This document shows, piece by piece, positions 1 to 7,113 of a stretch of DNA of 15,539 bases. Made by a program: the position numbers and the translations under genes. The notes under the pieces were generated by a model, which did no database searches, was not told the origin of the DNA, and saw only the letters and a program-made list of their open reading frames with translations. Source of the stretch: an uncultured Nitrospirales bacterium (GTDB lineage: Bacteria; UBA10199; JADGCS01); the NCBI GenBank assembly GCA_964526915.1, contig CAZGMS010000082.1, positions 1-15,539 of the forward strand, read 5' to 3'. Within the stretch, counting starts at the first letter, position 1. Each line of letters begins with the position of its first letter.

Positions 1-412
1 CCACCATGTTGCCCTTTGTGGTGCCGGTGAACATGATGGCGTGGTCCTGTTCGACACTGCGGATGATCTTGTTCGTGAGGATCTGGCATTGGGCCCGATC
101 GTATTCGGTAAGCCCTGTTTCGCGTAGCACCGCTTTGCCGGCCTCCATGACTTCGCCCTGATCCGCGTGGTGCACCTGCATCATGCCAAAGTGACGTTCG
201 GTCACAAGGGACCCCAACCTGACCTTTGTTCCTTTGAGTGCCATGTCTGTGAAACGGTGAATTTCCATGGCGGGCGCGATTTCAATAAAGAGCGCCGCGT
301 CATATTCAGACGGGTCGTACACGCGATTGTCTTTGGCAATAAACTGCGCCAGTTGTGGTTGCAGGCTATCGAGAAAGATGAGGGTTCTGAGTTCAAATTT
401 GGGACTGCTCAT
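1..412 (-). CDS. BMC shell protein, N-terminal part (gene continues past the window start); probably a permuted tandem-BMC (EutL/PduB-like BMC-T)
   Basis: Minus-strand ORF starting at ATG 412-410 (MSSPKFELRTLIFLDSL...), preceded by AAGGAG 7 nt upstream. It is absent from the ORF track because it runs off the window. It contains two BMC-type motifs about 50 aa apart (DMALKGTKVRLGSL and MEAGKAVLRETG). It lies inside a BMC operon. Confidence 0.5.
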   Translation of the reverse strand, partial: MSSPKFELRTLIFLDSLQPQLAQFIAKDNRVYDPSEYDAALFIEIAPAMEIHRFTDMALKGTKVRLGSLVTERHFGMMQVHHADQGEVMEAGKAVLRETGLTEYDRAQCQILTNKIIRSVEQDHAIMFTGTTKGNMV

Positions 413-474
413 AATATGCTCCTTGTTTTGTTATAGGCCATATATGACCTATAAAACTGATAAGACCTGTAAAA

Positions 475-1377
475 TTAATAATTTCCTTTTCCTGTCTTGC
501 CTGTCACAATCGCCACCGAAGCCGAAGCGCCAATCCGGTTCGCACCGGCCTTGATCATGGCCTCGGCGTCTTCCTTGGTGCGCACGCCACCGGAGGCCTT
601 GACCTCCATGTCTTTGCCGACCACCCTGCGCATGAGGGCGATATCTTCCACCGTGGCACCGCCACCGGCAAAGCCAGTGGAGGTCTTGACAAAAGCCGCG
701 TGAGCCGCCTTGGACAGCGCGCACGCGATGATTTTTTCTTCATCGGTCAGCGATGAGGTCTCGATGATCACCTTGACTTTTTTGGGACGCGAGGCCTCCA
801 CCACTTTCAGAATGTCTTCGTAAACAAGTTGGTAATCGCGATCCTTGATGGCCCCGATGGCGATCACCATGTCGATTTCTTCGGCGCCATTGCGGATGGC
901 CTCTTTGGCCTCAAAAACCTTGGCCTGTGTGGAGGCGGCTCCCAACGGGAACCCTACTACGGCTATGGGCTTGACGGTTGATCCCTTGAGGAGTCTCGCG
1001 CAGAACGGGATGTTGCTGGAGTTCACACAGACGGTGGCAAAACCGTATTGTTTGGCTTCAACGCAGAGTTTGGTCAGCTCGTCCTTGGTGGCGTCTGGTT
1101 TGAGCAGGGTGTGATCAATCATGCCCGCGATCTTTTGATCAACGCCCTGTTTGATGCCCGTTGAGGACCCTACGCGCGCGGCACCGGTATCGACCAGATT
1201 GTTGATCGCGCCCGGTTTGTTGACCACACATTGTCCGCAATTATTGCAGGCAGAAGGGTCGCTAGAGCAAATGGGGGCGTTGGGGTTTCCCGGAGACAGT
1301 GTTTGGTTCAGCCTCTCCGTAACCTTTTTGGTGATGAGTTCAACCAGTTGTTCGATGTTGGTATTGTTGATTTCCAT
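475..1377 (-). CDS. deoC: Deoxyribose-phosphate aldolase (class I DeoC) with a ~75-aa N-terminal extension carrying a predicted encapsulation peptide
   Basis: Residues ~80-300 align along their length with short DeoC (IDHTLLKPDATK, FATVCVN, GFPLG, KVIIET, FVKTSTGF, KASGGVRT, RIGAS). The N-terminus IEQLVELITKKVTERL is an amphipathic helix typical of BMC encapsulation peptides, followed by a Pro/Cys-rich linker. RBS GGAG 7 nt upstream. Confidence 0.9.
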   Translation of the reverse strand: MEINNTNIEQLVELITKKVTERLNQTLSPGNPNAPICSSDPSACNNCGQCVVNKPGAINNLVDTGAARVGSSTGIKQGVDQKIAGMIDHTLLKPDATKDELTKLCVEAKQYGFATVCVNSSNIPFCARLLKGSTVKPIAVVGFPLGAASTQAKVFEAKEAIRNGAEEIDMVIAIGAIKDRDYQLVYEDILKVVEASRPKKVKVIIETSSLTDEEKIIACALSKAAHAAFVKTSTGFAGGGATVEDIALMRRVVGKDMEVKASGGVRTKEDAEAMIKAGANRIGASASVAIVTGKTGKGNY

Positions 1378-1380
1378 ATT

Positions 1381-1650
1381 TTACTCCAAATTCACCTTAT
1401 CCACCACGCCGCAAATGACTGAGTGAAAAGGGTCTTCCCGTTTGCCCAGTATTTGTCTGGCGCAGTTACCTTCTTGCTCCACCAAAACCACATCGCCCAC
1501 ACCCGCTTGTACGGAATCAAATGACAAGAAGGATTTCCCCTTGTCGTTTCCGTGTTCATCAACCGGTTGCACAATCAGCATTTTGTGTCCTTGGTAGGCC
1601 GGTTGCTTGATGGTGGCGACCACATTGCCAATGACTCTGCAGAGGATCAT
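1381..1650 (-). CDS. BMC vertex protein BMC-P (EutN/PduN/CcmL family), paralog 1
   Basis: 89 aa, MILCRVIGNVVATIKQP...GVGDVVLV is the canonical EutN/CcmL fold signature. AAGGAG RBS. The start overlaps the stop of the upstream BMC-P (ATGA). Confidence 0.9.
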   Translation of the reverse strand: MILCRVIGNVVATIKQPAYQGHKMLIVQPVDEHGNDKGKSFLSFDSVQAGVGDVVLVEQEGNCARQILGKREDPFHSVICGVVDKVNLE

Positions 1651-1997
1651 TTGGTCTCCTTTGGTCCGTCGGAGCTCAAATGAGCGGAGGCGACCTCTTC
1701 AAAAATATTTTGTTTGTTCGCGATCCCTTTGTCCTCCACAGTCAATTCGTCCACAATCCCTGTGATGGCCGCATCTACCGGCGCGAACGGGTTGGGCAGG
1801 GCCAGTGTGGATTCTTTGGCCAGCGTGTAATAAACAATCTCCTGCGGGCCAGCTTGCACAGTGTCGATGGCGGCAATTGGTCCGCCGTCAGGACGATACT
1901 GTTCATCAAGCGGCTGGATCATCAGTATCTTCAGGTTCTGGATGCCGGGGTCTTTGACAGTGGCAACAACCGTGCCGATGACTTTAGCTAGTTTCAT
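1647..1997 (-). CDS. BMC vertex protein BMC-P (EutN/PduN family), paralog 2, with C-terminal extension
   Basis: MKLAKVIGTVVATVKDP...LKILMIQPLDE is the EutN/PduN signature. 116 aa with an extra C-terminal tail. Confidence 0.85.
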   Translation of the reverse strand: MKLAKVIGTVVATVKDPGIQNLKILMIQPLDEQYRPDGGPIAAIDTVQAGPQEIVYYTLAKESTLALPNPFAPVDAAITGIVDELTVEDKGIANKQNIFEEVASAHLSSDGPKETK

Positions 1998-2099
1998 AAA
2001 AAATAGTCTCTGATTGTTTTAATCTGGGCTTAAGGCTCAAGGCACAAGGTGTAAGGCGTCAAAATCGCCCTATGCCTTACGCCTTTAGCCATGCGCCCT

Positions 2100-2657
2100 T
2101 TACCAATACACTCCCCTTGCCAACATCTCTGGATGCGGTGCCTCGATGATTTCGCACCCAGCCAACATACCCGTGTTTTTGACAAATTCCTTTGCCCGTT
2201 CCATTGAGGCCTGAACATCGCACAATGCGCCCGTGATCATAAAATACCCTTTGCCCCCCAGGCCGTTGGCCAGTCTGACTTCCACGAGTTTGCTGTCGGT
2301 CGCCTTGGCCGCGATATCGGCGGCTTCAACACAGGTTGCGATCGAAAATGTTTCAACAATCCCGAGCGCACCAAAATGATCAATCACATTTGTTCCTGTG
2401 ATGGCAGGGATGAGGTCTGGGTGTGCGTGTGGCAGGAACATGTGGCTTACGATCATGTCATGTCCGATCTCGATCCCTTTTTTTAGGGATTCCTCCACAT
2501 CGGCCACCTCACCGCAAATGAGCACCATGTATTTGCCCGGGCAGATGGCATGGGTTTCGAGAACGCGCACAGGCGCCTTCTTGACCATCTCATCGGTGGT
2601 CTTGAACCCTTTGGCGACAGATTTGAATTCGATCATGGCGAGTGCTGGTTCAATCAT
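2100..2657 (-). CDS. PduT-like tandem-BMC-domain shell protein (BMC-T) with a conserved Fe-S-ligand cysteine
   Basis: 185 aa with two BMC domains. The first carries ICPGKY, matching the PduT Cys38 4Fe-4S ligand motif. The second is canonical (ALGIVETFSIATCVEAADIAAKAT...GKGYFMITG). The size matches PduT (184 aa). Confidence 0.85.
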   Translation of the reverse strand: MIEPALAMIEFKSVAKGFKTTDEMVKKAPVRVLETHAICPGKYMVLICGEVADVEESLKKGIEIGHDMIVSHMFLPHAHPDLIPAITGTNVIDHFGALGIVETFSIATCVEAADIAAKATDSKLVEVRLANGLGGKGYFMITGALCDVQASMERAKEFVKNTGMLAGCEIIEAPHPEMLARGVYW

Positions 2658-2672
2658 AAAGTGTAAAGGCTC

Positions 2673-4016
2673 CTAGCGCTGAGCCTGAATTTCAATGGTC
2701 GTTTCCGAAACGGATTTCACCACACCAGAAATCGAGGCGTGGTAGTTGGTCCCCAAGGCCCCTGCTGGGCAGGGCGCAATCAAATCTCCCAAGCTGACAG
2801 TCTGACCCTGTTTGACAACAGGCAGGGATTTGGCTCCCACATGCCGGTGCAAGGGGACAATCACATCAAAAACATTTTGATAACCCAGATAAGGGGTTTC
2901 TTTTTTGTATTTCAGTAAATCCAGTTTTTTAAGAAGCACATCAATCGCCACCTTGCGGTCTTCATAGGCACTGTTGCAGGTGGTGGGCTTGCTGTTGTGC
3001 GGGTTTTTCACGCCTTTGGCAACGAGTTCCCTGCGGTAAGCGGCATAGATTTTTTTGGGGGAGAGACGCATGACATCGCACGCGACCATCTCGCACATCC
3101 CGCACTGACTGCACAAAAAGGCCGATGTGATGTTTTGCGTGGGTTCAGATAAATTGTAATCGATGGTGCGCATGGTGGCATGCGGGAAAATCGCGTGCCC
3201 CAACAGGTTGCGAGGGCAGAGGTCGGTACAGCGGAAACACTGACAACATGCCGCCTTGGAGAGTTTGATCATTTGCCCTACGCTGAGGGTCTTGGCGCGC
3301 ACTACAAAATGATCGCGTGGCAACACAAGCACACCACTGCAGGTTTTGGCGATGCCGAGAGAAAGGTCATCAACGATATTGCCCATCATGGGACCGCCAT
3401 CAATCACGACAGGGTTATCGGTAGTGATTCTGCCTGCCAGGGCGAGGAGTGTTGTGTAGGGGGTGCCGATGGGGACCTTGACGACGCAGGGTTTTTCGAC
3501 TTCACCGGTAATGGTTACCATTCTCTCGGTGACAGGCTTGCCATTGACGGCGTCGGTCATTTGGTAGAGAGAAAGGACGTTGCTCACGACCACGCCCACG
3601 TTGAGTGGCAGGCCACCTTCGGGGATGATCCGTTTTGTCGCATCATAAACAGTCAAGAACTCATCACCTGCGGGATAATAATTTTGAAGTTTGTGAATAT
3701 GAATATTTTGTTTGGGATCGAGTGCCTTGGTGAGCGCGTTCACCACATCGGTATAGTGCCCTTTGACAGCGATGATTCCCTGTTTGGCGCCGGTGGTCTT
3801 CATGGCCAGGGCAACACCTGTAACCACCTGATCCGCGTGTCTGATCATGAGGGTCTTGTCGGTGTTGAGCAGGGGCTCACATTCGGAACCATTGGCGAGC
3901 ACGGTGTCCACGCTGGCTTTGAGTTTGATGTGCGGGGGGAACCCGCCGCCACCGGCACCCACGATGCCTGCATTAAAGACGGAGTTGATGATATCGTTTG
4001 CTGTCAAATGGTTCAT
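2673..4016 (-). CDS. PduS-like RnfC-family Fe-S flavoprotein (BMC-associated oxidoreductase)
   Basis: Collinear with PduS throughout: GIVGAGGGGFPPHIKL, YPAGDEFLT, GGPMMG, two Cys clusters (CCQCFRCTDLCPRNLLGH and CSQCGMCEMVAC), and a C-terminal GALGTNYHASISGVV. The likely start at 4016 overlaps the AldDH stop by 1 nt (TGATG); the ORF track extends it to 4049. Confidence 0.9.
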   Translation of the reverse strand: MNHLTANDIINSVFNAGIVGAGGGGFPPHIKLKASVDTVLANGSECEPLLNTDKTLMIRHADQVVTGVALAMKTTGAKQGIIAVKGHYTDVVNALTKALDPKQNIHIHKLQNYYPAGDEFLTVYDATKRIIPEGGLPLNVGVVVSNVLSLYQMTDAVNGKPVTERMVTITGEVEKPCVVKVPIGTPYTTLLALAGRITTDNPVVIDGGPMMGNIVDDLSLGIAKTCSGVLVLPRDHFVVRAKTLSVGQMIKLSKAACCQCFRCTDLCPRNLLGHAIFPHATMRTIDYNLSEPTQNITSAFLCSQCGMCEMVACDVMRLSPKKIYAAYRRELVAKGVKNPHNSKPTTCNSAYEDRKVAIDVLLKKLDLLKYKKETPYLGYQNVFDVIVPLHRHVGAKSLPVVKQGQTVSLGDLIAPCPAGALGTNYHASISGVVKSVSETTIEIQAQR

Positions 4017-5470
4017 CAAATAATCCTGAAATACCCCGAGACCACGCACCGCCTGATTTTGGTAAAGTGGCGAGCGGTGGTCACGCCCTCACCTGTGGGT
4101 GAGGCGATCGTAAAGGACGCGGGCCCTTCGCCGTCCATGCCCAATCCGGACAGAGCCATCCCGTTTTTCACAAAAATGGAGGTGCCCATCTTCACGGCCA
4201 TGTTGTGCAGGTTTTCGATATTCTTGGAATGCATGGCCGAGGTGTGGAAGCGTCCCCCCTCGAGCTCGTACGCGCAGTCGATGGCTTGATTCACATTGCC
4301 CACGCGGATGAAAGGCACCACGGGCAGGAGCATTTCGATTTGCGCGAACGGGTGTTTGTGATCGGTTTCGGTGATGGCAAGCCTGATGGCGGGGTCCACA
4401 TCAATCCCAATTTGTTTCAAGATGTGCTGAACGTCTTTGCCCACGAAATCCTTGTTGGGGTGGTCACCGTCCACAATCACTTTTTCGAGTCGTTTGGCGT
4501 GATATGGTGTGAGTTCAAACGCGCCGCTTTTCAGCAGGGCTTTTTTAAACGGATCGGCGGCTTTTTCTGTCACAATGATTTCTTTTTCGATGGCGCAAAT
4601 GATGTTGTTGTCGCAACTCGATGAGGTGATGATGTCGCGGGCGGCTTTGTCGAGATCGGCCGTTTCGTCCACCACAACAGGCGGGTTGCCGGGACCTGCC
4701 GCGACCACACGTTTGCCTGTGCCCATGGCGGCCTTGACCACAGCGGGTCCGCCGGTCACCACCAGAAGTTTAATGTCCTTGTGATTCATGAGCTGGTTGG
4801 CCGAGGCAATGGTGGGGGTCGCGATGGTGGTGAATAAATTGGGGGGGCCGCCTTCACTGATGACGGCCTGGTTCATGAGGTCAATCACAAAGACCGAGAT
4901 TTTTTTGGCTGTGGGGTGCGGGTTGAAAACCACCGTGTTGCCTGCGGCGATCATGCCGATCCCGTTGCAGATGATGGTTTCTGTGGGGTTGGTGCAGGGA
5001 GTGATGGACCCGATCACACCCCAAGGGGCCTTTTCCAAAAGGGTAAACCCGTGATCACCTGTGAAGGTTTGTGGCTCGATGTCTTCAACGCCCGGTGTTT
5101 TGTTGATGGCCAACAGATTTTTTTTGATCTTGTCTTCGACTCTGCCCAGACCGGTTTCTTCACGGGCCATCTTTGAGAGCAGTTCCACATTGGCTTTGCA
5201 GAGGTCCCTGATTTTTTGGATGATGCGTTTGCGTTGTTCGAGTGAGATTTGTTTGAAATCGTCCAGAGCCTTGACGCTGGCCGCGATGGCGTCGTCGATC
5301 GAACCAAAACAGCCACGGGAACCAGTGAACGCGGCGTCTTTTTTGGGTTCCTGTTTGGAGACGGTCGCTGTTGTGTTCGCAGGACGTCCAGCAGGCGGCG
5401 TGTCTTTGACCTGAATTTGAGACACCACCTTATCGACAATGGAACTGATTTGTTCGTCGGAGAATTTCAT
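4016..5470 (-). CDS. CoA-acylating aldehyde dehydrogenase (PduP/EutE family) with N-terminal encapsulation peptide
   Basis: 484 aa. The N-terminus MKFSDEQISSIVDKVVSQI is an encapsulation-peptide helix followed by a linker. ALDH fold with catalytic Cys region SSSCDNNIICAIEKE and the PduP-like GPGNPP motif. Confidence 0.9.
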   Translation of the reverse strand: MKFSDEQISSIVDKVVSQIQVKDTPPAGRPANTTATVSKQEPKKDAAFTGSRGCFGSIDDAIAASVKALDDFKQISLEQRKRIIQKIRDLCKANVELLSKMAREETGLGRVEDKIKKNLLAINKTPGVEDIEPQTFTGDHGFTLLEKAPWGVIGSITPCTNPTETIICNGIGMIAAGNTVVFNPHPTAKKISVFVIDLMNQAVISEGGPPNLFTTIATPTIASANQLMNHKDIKLLVVTGGPAVVKAAMGTGKRVVAAGPGNPPVVVDETADLDKAARDIITSSSCDNNIICAIEKEIIVTEKAADPFKKALLKSGAFELTPYHAKRLEKVIVDGDHPNKDFVGKDVQHILKQIGIDVDPAIRLAITETDHKHPFAQIEMLLPVVPFIRVGNVNQAIDCAYELEGGRFHTSAMHSKNIENLHNMAVKMGTSIFVKNGMALSGLGMDGEGPASFTIASPTGEGVTTARHFTKIRRCVVSGYFRII

Positions 5471-5477
5471 AGGTCAG

Positions 5478-5682
5478 CGTGAATCGTGAATCGTGGATTG
5501 TGGATCGTAAAATGGTTTGTCATCCCAGCGGAAGCTGGGATCCAGAACTGTTGACAGTAGGGATTTCTGCTTTGGTTCGACTTTGCTCACCACCCTGAGC
5601 GCCTGTCGAAGGGTCGCAGGAATGACATACCTACTCAACAATTCGCATTTCGATCCACGATCGACGACCCACAACCCACGAT
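5478..5682. repeat. MITE-like element copy A: heptad-repeat terminal inverted repeats flanking hairpin 1 plus an expanded hairpin 2
   Basis: Left end (CGTGAAT)2-CGTGGAT-TGTGGAT-CGT, then AAAATGG + GTCATCCCAGCGGAAGCTGGGATCCAGAACTGTTGACAG ... CGCAGGAATGAC...CAACAATTCGCATTTCGA. Right end TCCACGA-TCGACGA-CCCACAA-CCCACGA. It fills the whole gap between the BMC-P stop (5684) and the AldDH start (5470). Confidence 0.75.
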
Positions 5683-5683
5683 A

Positions 5684-5977
5684 TTACGGATTCTTCACAT
5701 ACCTTTTGTCGCCATCGATTTCCAAAATATCGACAATGGCCATGATGACGGCATCGACCGGTTTGTTTTCGGTTGCTTGTGTCATTCTGGCCGAGGAGCC
5801 GCTGGCGACCAAGACAACTTCGCCAACACCCGCACCGACAGAATCCGCGGCCACCACAAAACTGCCAGTGGGTTTGCCATCGGTGTCGACATATTTGACC
5901 AGTTGCAACCTGAGGCCCTCAAGTTTTTCGTCCTTGCGGGTGGCCACAACGGTTCCTACAATTTTGCCTAGTTGCAT
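5684..5977 (-). CDS. BMC vertex protein BMC-P (EutN/PduN family), paralog 3
   Basis: True start [27 protein letters not shown] at 5977. The track ORF is artificially extended into the repeat. Canonical EutN/CcmL signature. Confidence 0.85.
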   Translation of the reverse strand: MQLGKIVGTVVATRKDEKLEGLRLQLVKYVDTDGKPTGSFVVAADSVGAGVGEVVLVASGSSARMTQATENKPVDAVIMAIVDILEIDGDKRYVKNP

Positions 5978-5984
5978 AAAACAG

Positions 5985-6187
5985 CGTGGTTCGTGGATCG
6001 TGGGTCGTGGATCGTGGATCGAAAAATGGCTTGTCATCCCAGCGAAAGCTGGGATCCAGAACTGTTGACAATAGTCATTCCTGCTTTCGCAGGAATGACT
6101 ATCCGCTCAACAATTCGCATTTTGACCCACTATTCACGACCCACTATCCACGATTCACGACTCACGATCCACGATCCACGACCCACG
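5985..6187. repeat. MITE-like element copy B (most complete copy): 5 heptads, hairpin 1, hairpin 2, 9 heptads
   Basis: CGTGGTT-CGTGGAT-CGTGGGT-CGTGGAT-CGTGGAT, then AAAAATGGCTTGTCATCCCAGCGAAAGCTGGGATCCAGAACTGTTGACAATAGTCATTCCTGCTTTCGCAGGAATGACTATCCGCTCAACAATTCGCATTTTGA, then nine copies of NYCACGA. It sits between the BMC-H stop (6193) and the BMC-P start (5977). Confidence 0.8.
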
Positions 6188-6192
6188 AAAAA

Positions 6193-6489
6193 TTACTTTG
6201 CCACTTTTTTGACATTGCGACCCAAAGGCAAAGCCACATCGATATTCTCGTGTGGTCTGGGGATGACGTGAACGGAAACGAGTTCGCCAACCTTTTCGGC
6301 TGTTCTGGCGCCGGCTTCGGTCGCGGCTTTCACGGCGGCCACATCACCTCTGACAATCGCGGTCACAAAACCACCACCAATTTTTTCGTAACCAACAAGT
6401 TCAACCTTGGCGGCTTTCACCATGGCGTCACTGGCCTCGACCATTGCGACAAAACCTTTGGTTTCGATCATTCCTAATGCGTCTGCCAT
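6193..6489 (-). CDS. BMC hexamer shell protein BMC-H (PduA/EutM/CcmK family)
   Basis: True start [60 protein letters not shown] at 6489 with AAGGAG RBS. The track ORF is over-extended upstream. First gene of the operon. Confidence 0.95.
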   Translation of the reverse strand: MADALGMIETKGFVAMVEASDAMVKAAKVELVGYEKIGGGFVTAIVRGDVAAVKAATEAGARTAEKVGELVSVHVIPRPHENIDVALPLGRNVKKVAK

Positions 6490-6600
6490 ATCAATCTCCT
6501 TTATTAACGATTTAGAGGCCCCCTTATTACTATTACAATAGGGAACCAAGTTTGGTCGGCATAGACTTTTTTTTTGGGGACTGTCAATAGTTAATGATAT
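6490..6600 (-). promoter_or_regulatory. Candidate sigma70-type promoter and structured leader of the BMC operon
   Basis: On the minus strand: TTGACA (plus 6583-6588), an 18-nt spacer, TATGCC (plus 6558-6563), and a ~60-nt leader containing a CCCT...AGGG inverted repeat with a TATTAC direct repeat just before the RBS. It lies in an AT-rich, >400-bp non-coding region. Confidence 0.3.
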
Positions 6601-6717
6601 TATCGTTAAAGAAAACCACATTCAAAATCATTTTATAATAACACGAGATATTTAGTGATATATGATGCTATTTAATGGTTGATGATTAGTGCCAATTGTG
6701 ATAATCAGTTTCTAGAT

Positions 6718-6912
6718 TGCGGATTGTGGCTCGTCATTGAGAGGGTGAACTGCGTTGGAATTGCCAAAAGGCAATTTTAATACTGTGCCCCAAGGGATAC
6801 CGGGGTAATCCAGAAATGATACTGTGGATTGCTTCGATTCGCTTTGTGAATCTCGCAATGACCAGCTGTTTGTACTTTTAGACGATTCACGAACATCGAT
6901 CCACGATCCACT
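6718..6912. repeat. Degenerate copy (E) of the heptad-TIR element
   Basis: Left end GCGGATTGTGGCTCGT matches copy A CGTGGATTGTGGATCGT at about 14 of 17 positions. The internal CCCCAAGGGATACCGGGGTAATCCAGAAATGA is homologous to hairpin 1 + ATCCAGAACTGTTGA. Right end CGATTCACGAACATCGATCCACGATCCAC. Confidence 0.4.
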
Positions 6913-6918
6913 CTTCTC

Positions 6919-7104
6919 ATGCAATATTCCGAAGTCATGACAACCAACGAGGCCATGAAGTACCTCAAAATCACCCGCAAGACCCTGCTCAAATTGGTCA
7001 AAACGGGTGAGCTCAAGGGCGCCAAGGTGGGCAAGGATTATCGCTACCTCAAAAGCGAGATCGACAAGTTTCTCAAAGGGGAAAAAGAGGAACGGCTGTT
7101 TTGA
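6919..7104 (+). CDS. Excisionase-family helix-turn-helix DNA-binding protein (alternative start at 6937)
   Basis: MTTNEAMKYLKITRKTLLKLVKTGELKGAKVGKDYRYLKSEIDKFL is the excisionase/MerR-type HTH pattern. It begins right after a heptad TIR, and its stop TGA lies in a GAATCGT heptad remnant. No clear RBS. Confidence 0.6.
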   Translation: MQYSEVMTTNEAMKYLKITRKTLLKLVKTGELKGAKVGKDYRYLKSEIDKFLKGEKEERLF

Positions 7105-7113
7105 ATCGTATCT

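Noticed and set aside
167-554. Plus-strand ORFs 167..436 and 267..554
   Set aside because: They overlap the partial BMC shell gene on the opposite strand, which has a strong RBS and BMC motifs. Judged spurious.
3180-4289. 369-aa plus-strand ORF
   Set aside because: It is antisense to the PduS-like and AldDH genes, its composition is a low-complexity His/Gly/Asp shadow of their codons, and it has no family resemblance.
5478-6187. Heptamer tandem repeats (CGTGGAT)n considered as a CRISPR array
   Set aside because: The unit is 7 bp with no unique spacers, and the arrays occur as inverted pairs around conserved hairpins. This is not CRISPR architecture.
5474-6477. Track ORFs 5474..5674, 5517..6068, 5972..6271 and 5986..6477 and the N-terminal extensions of several genes, all encoding repeated HDPRSTIHD / [10 protein letters not shown] peptides
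   Set aside because: These are translations of the heptad repeats and hairpins in various frames. The real genes (BMC-P3, BMC-H, cydB, GIY-YIG, four-helix-bundle) start at internal ATGs that match their protein families.
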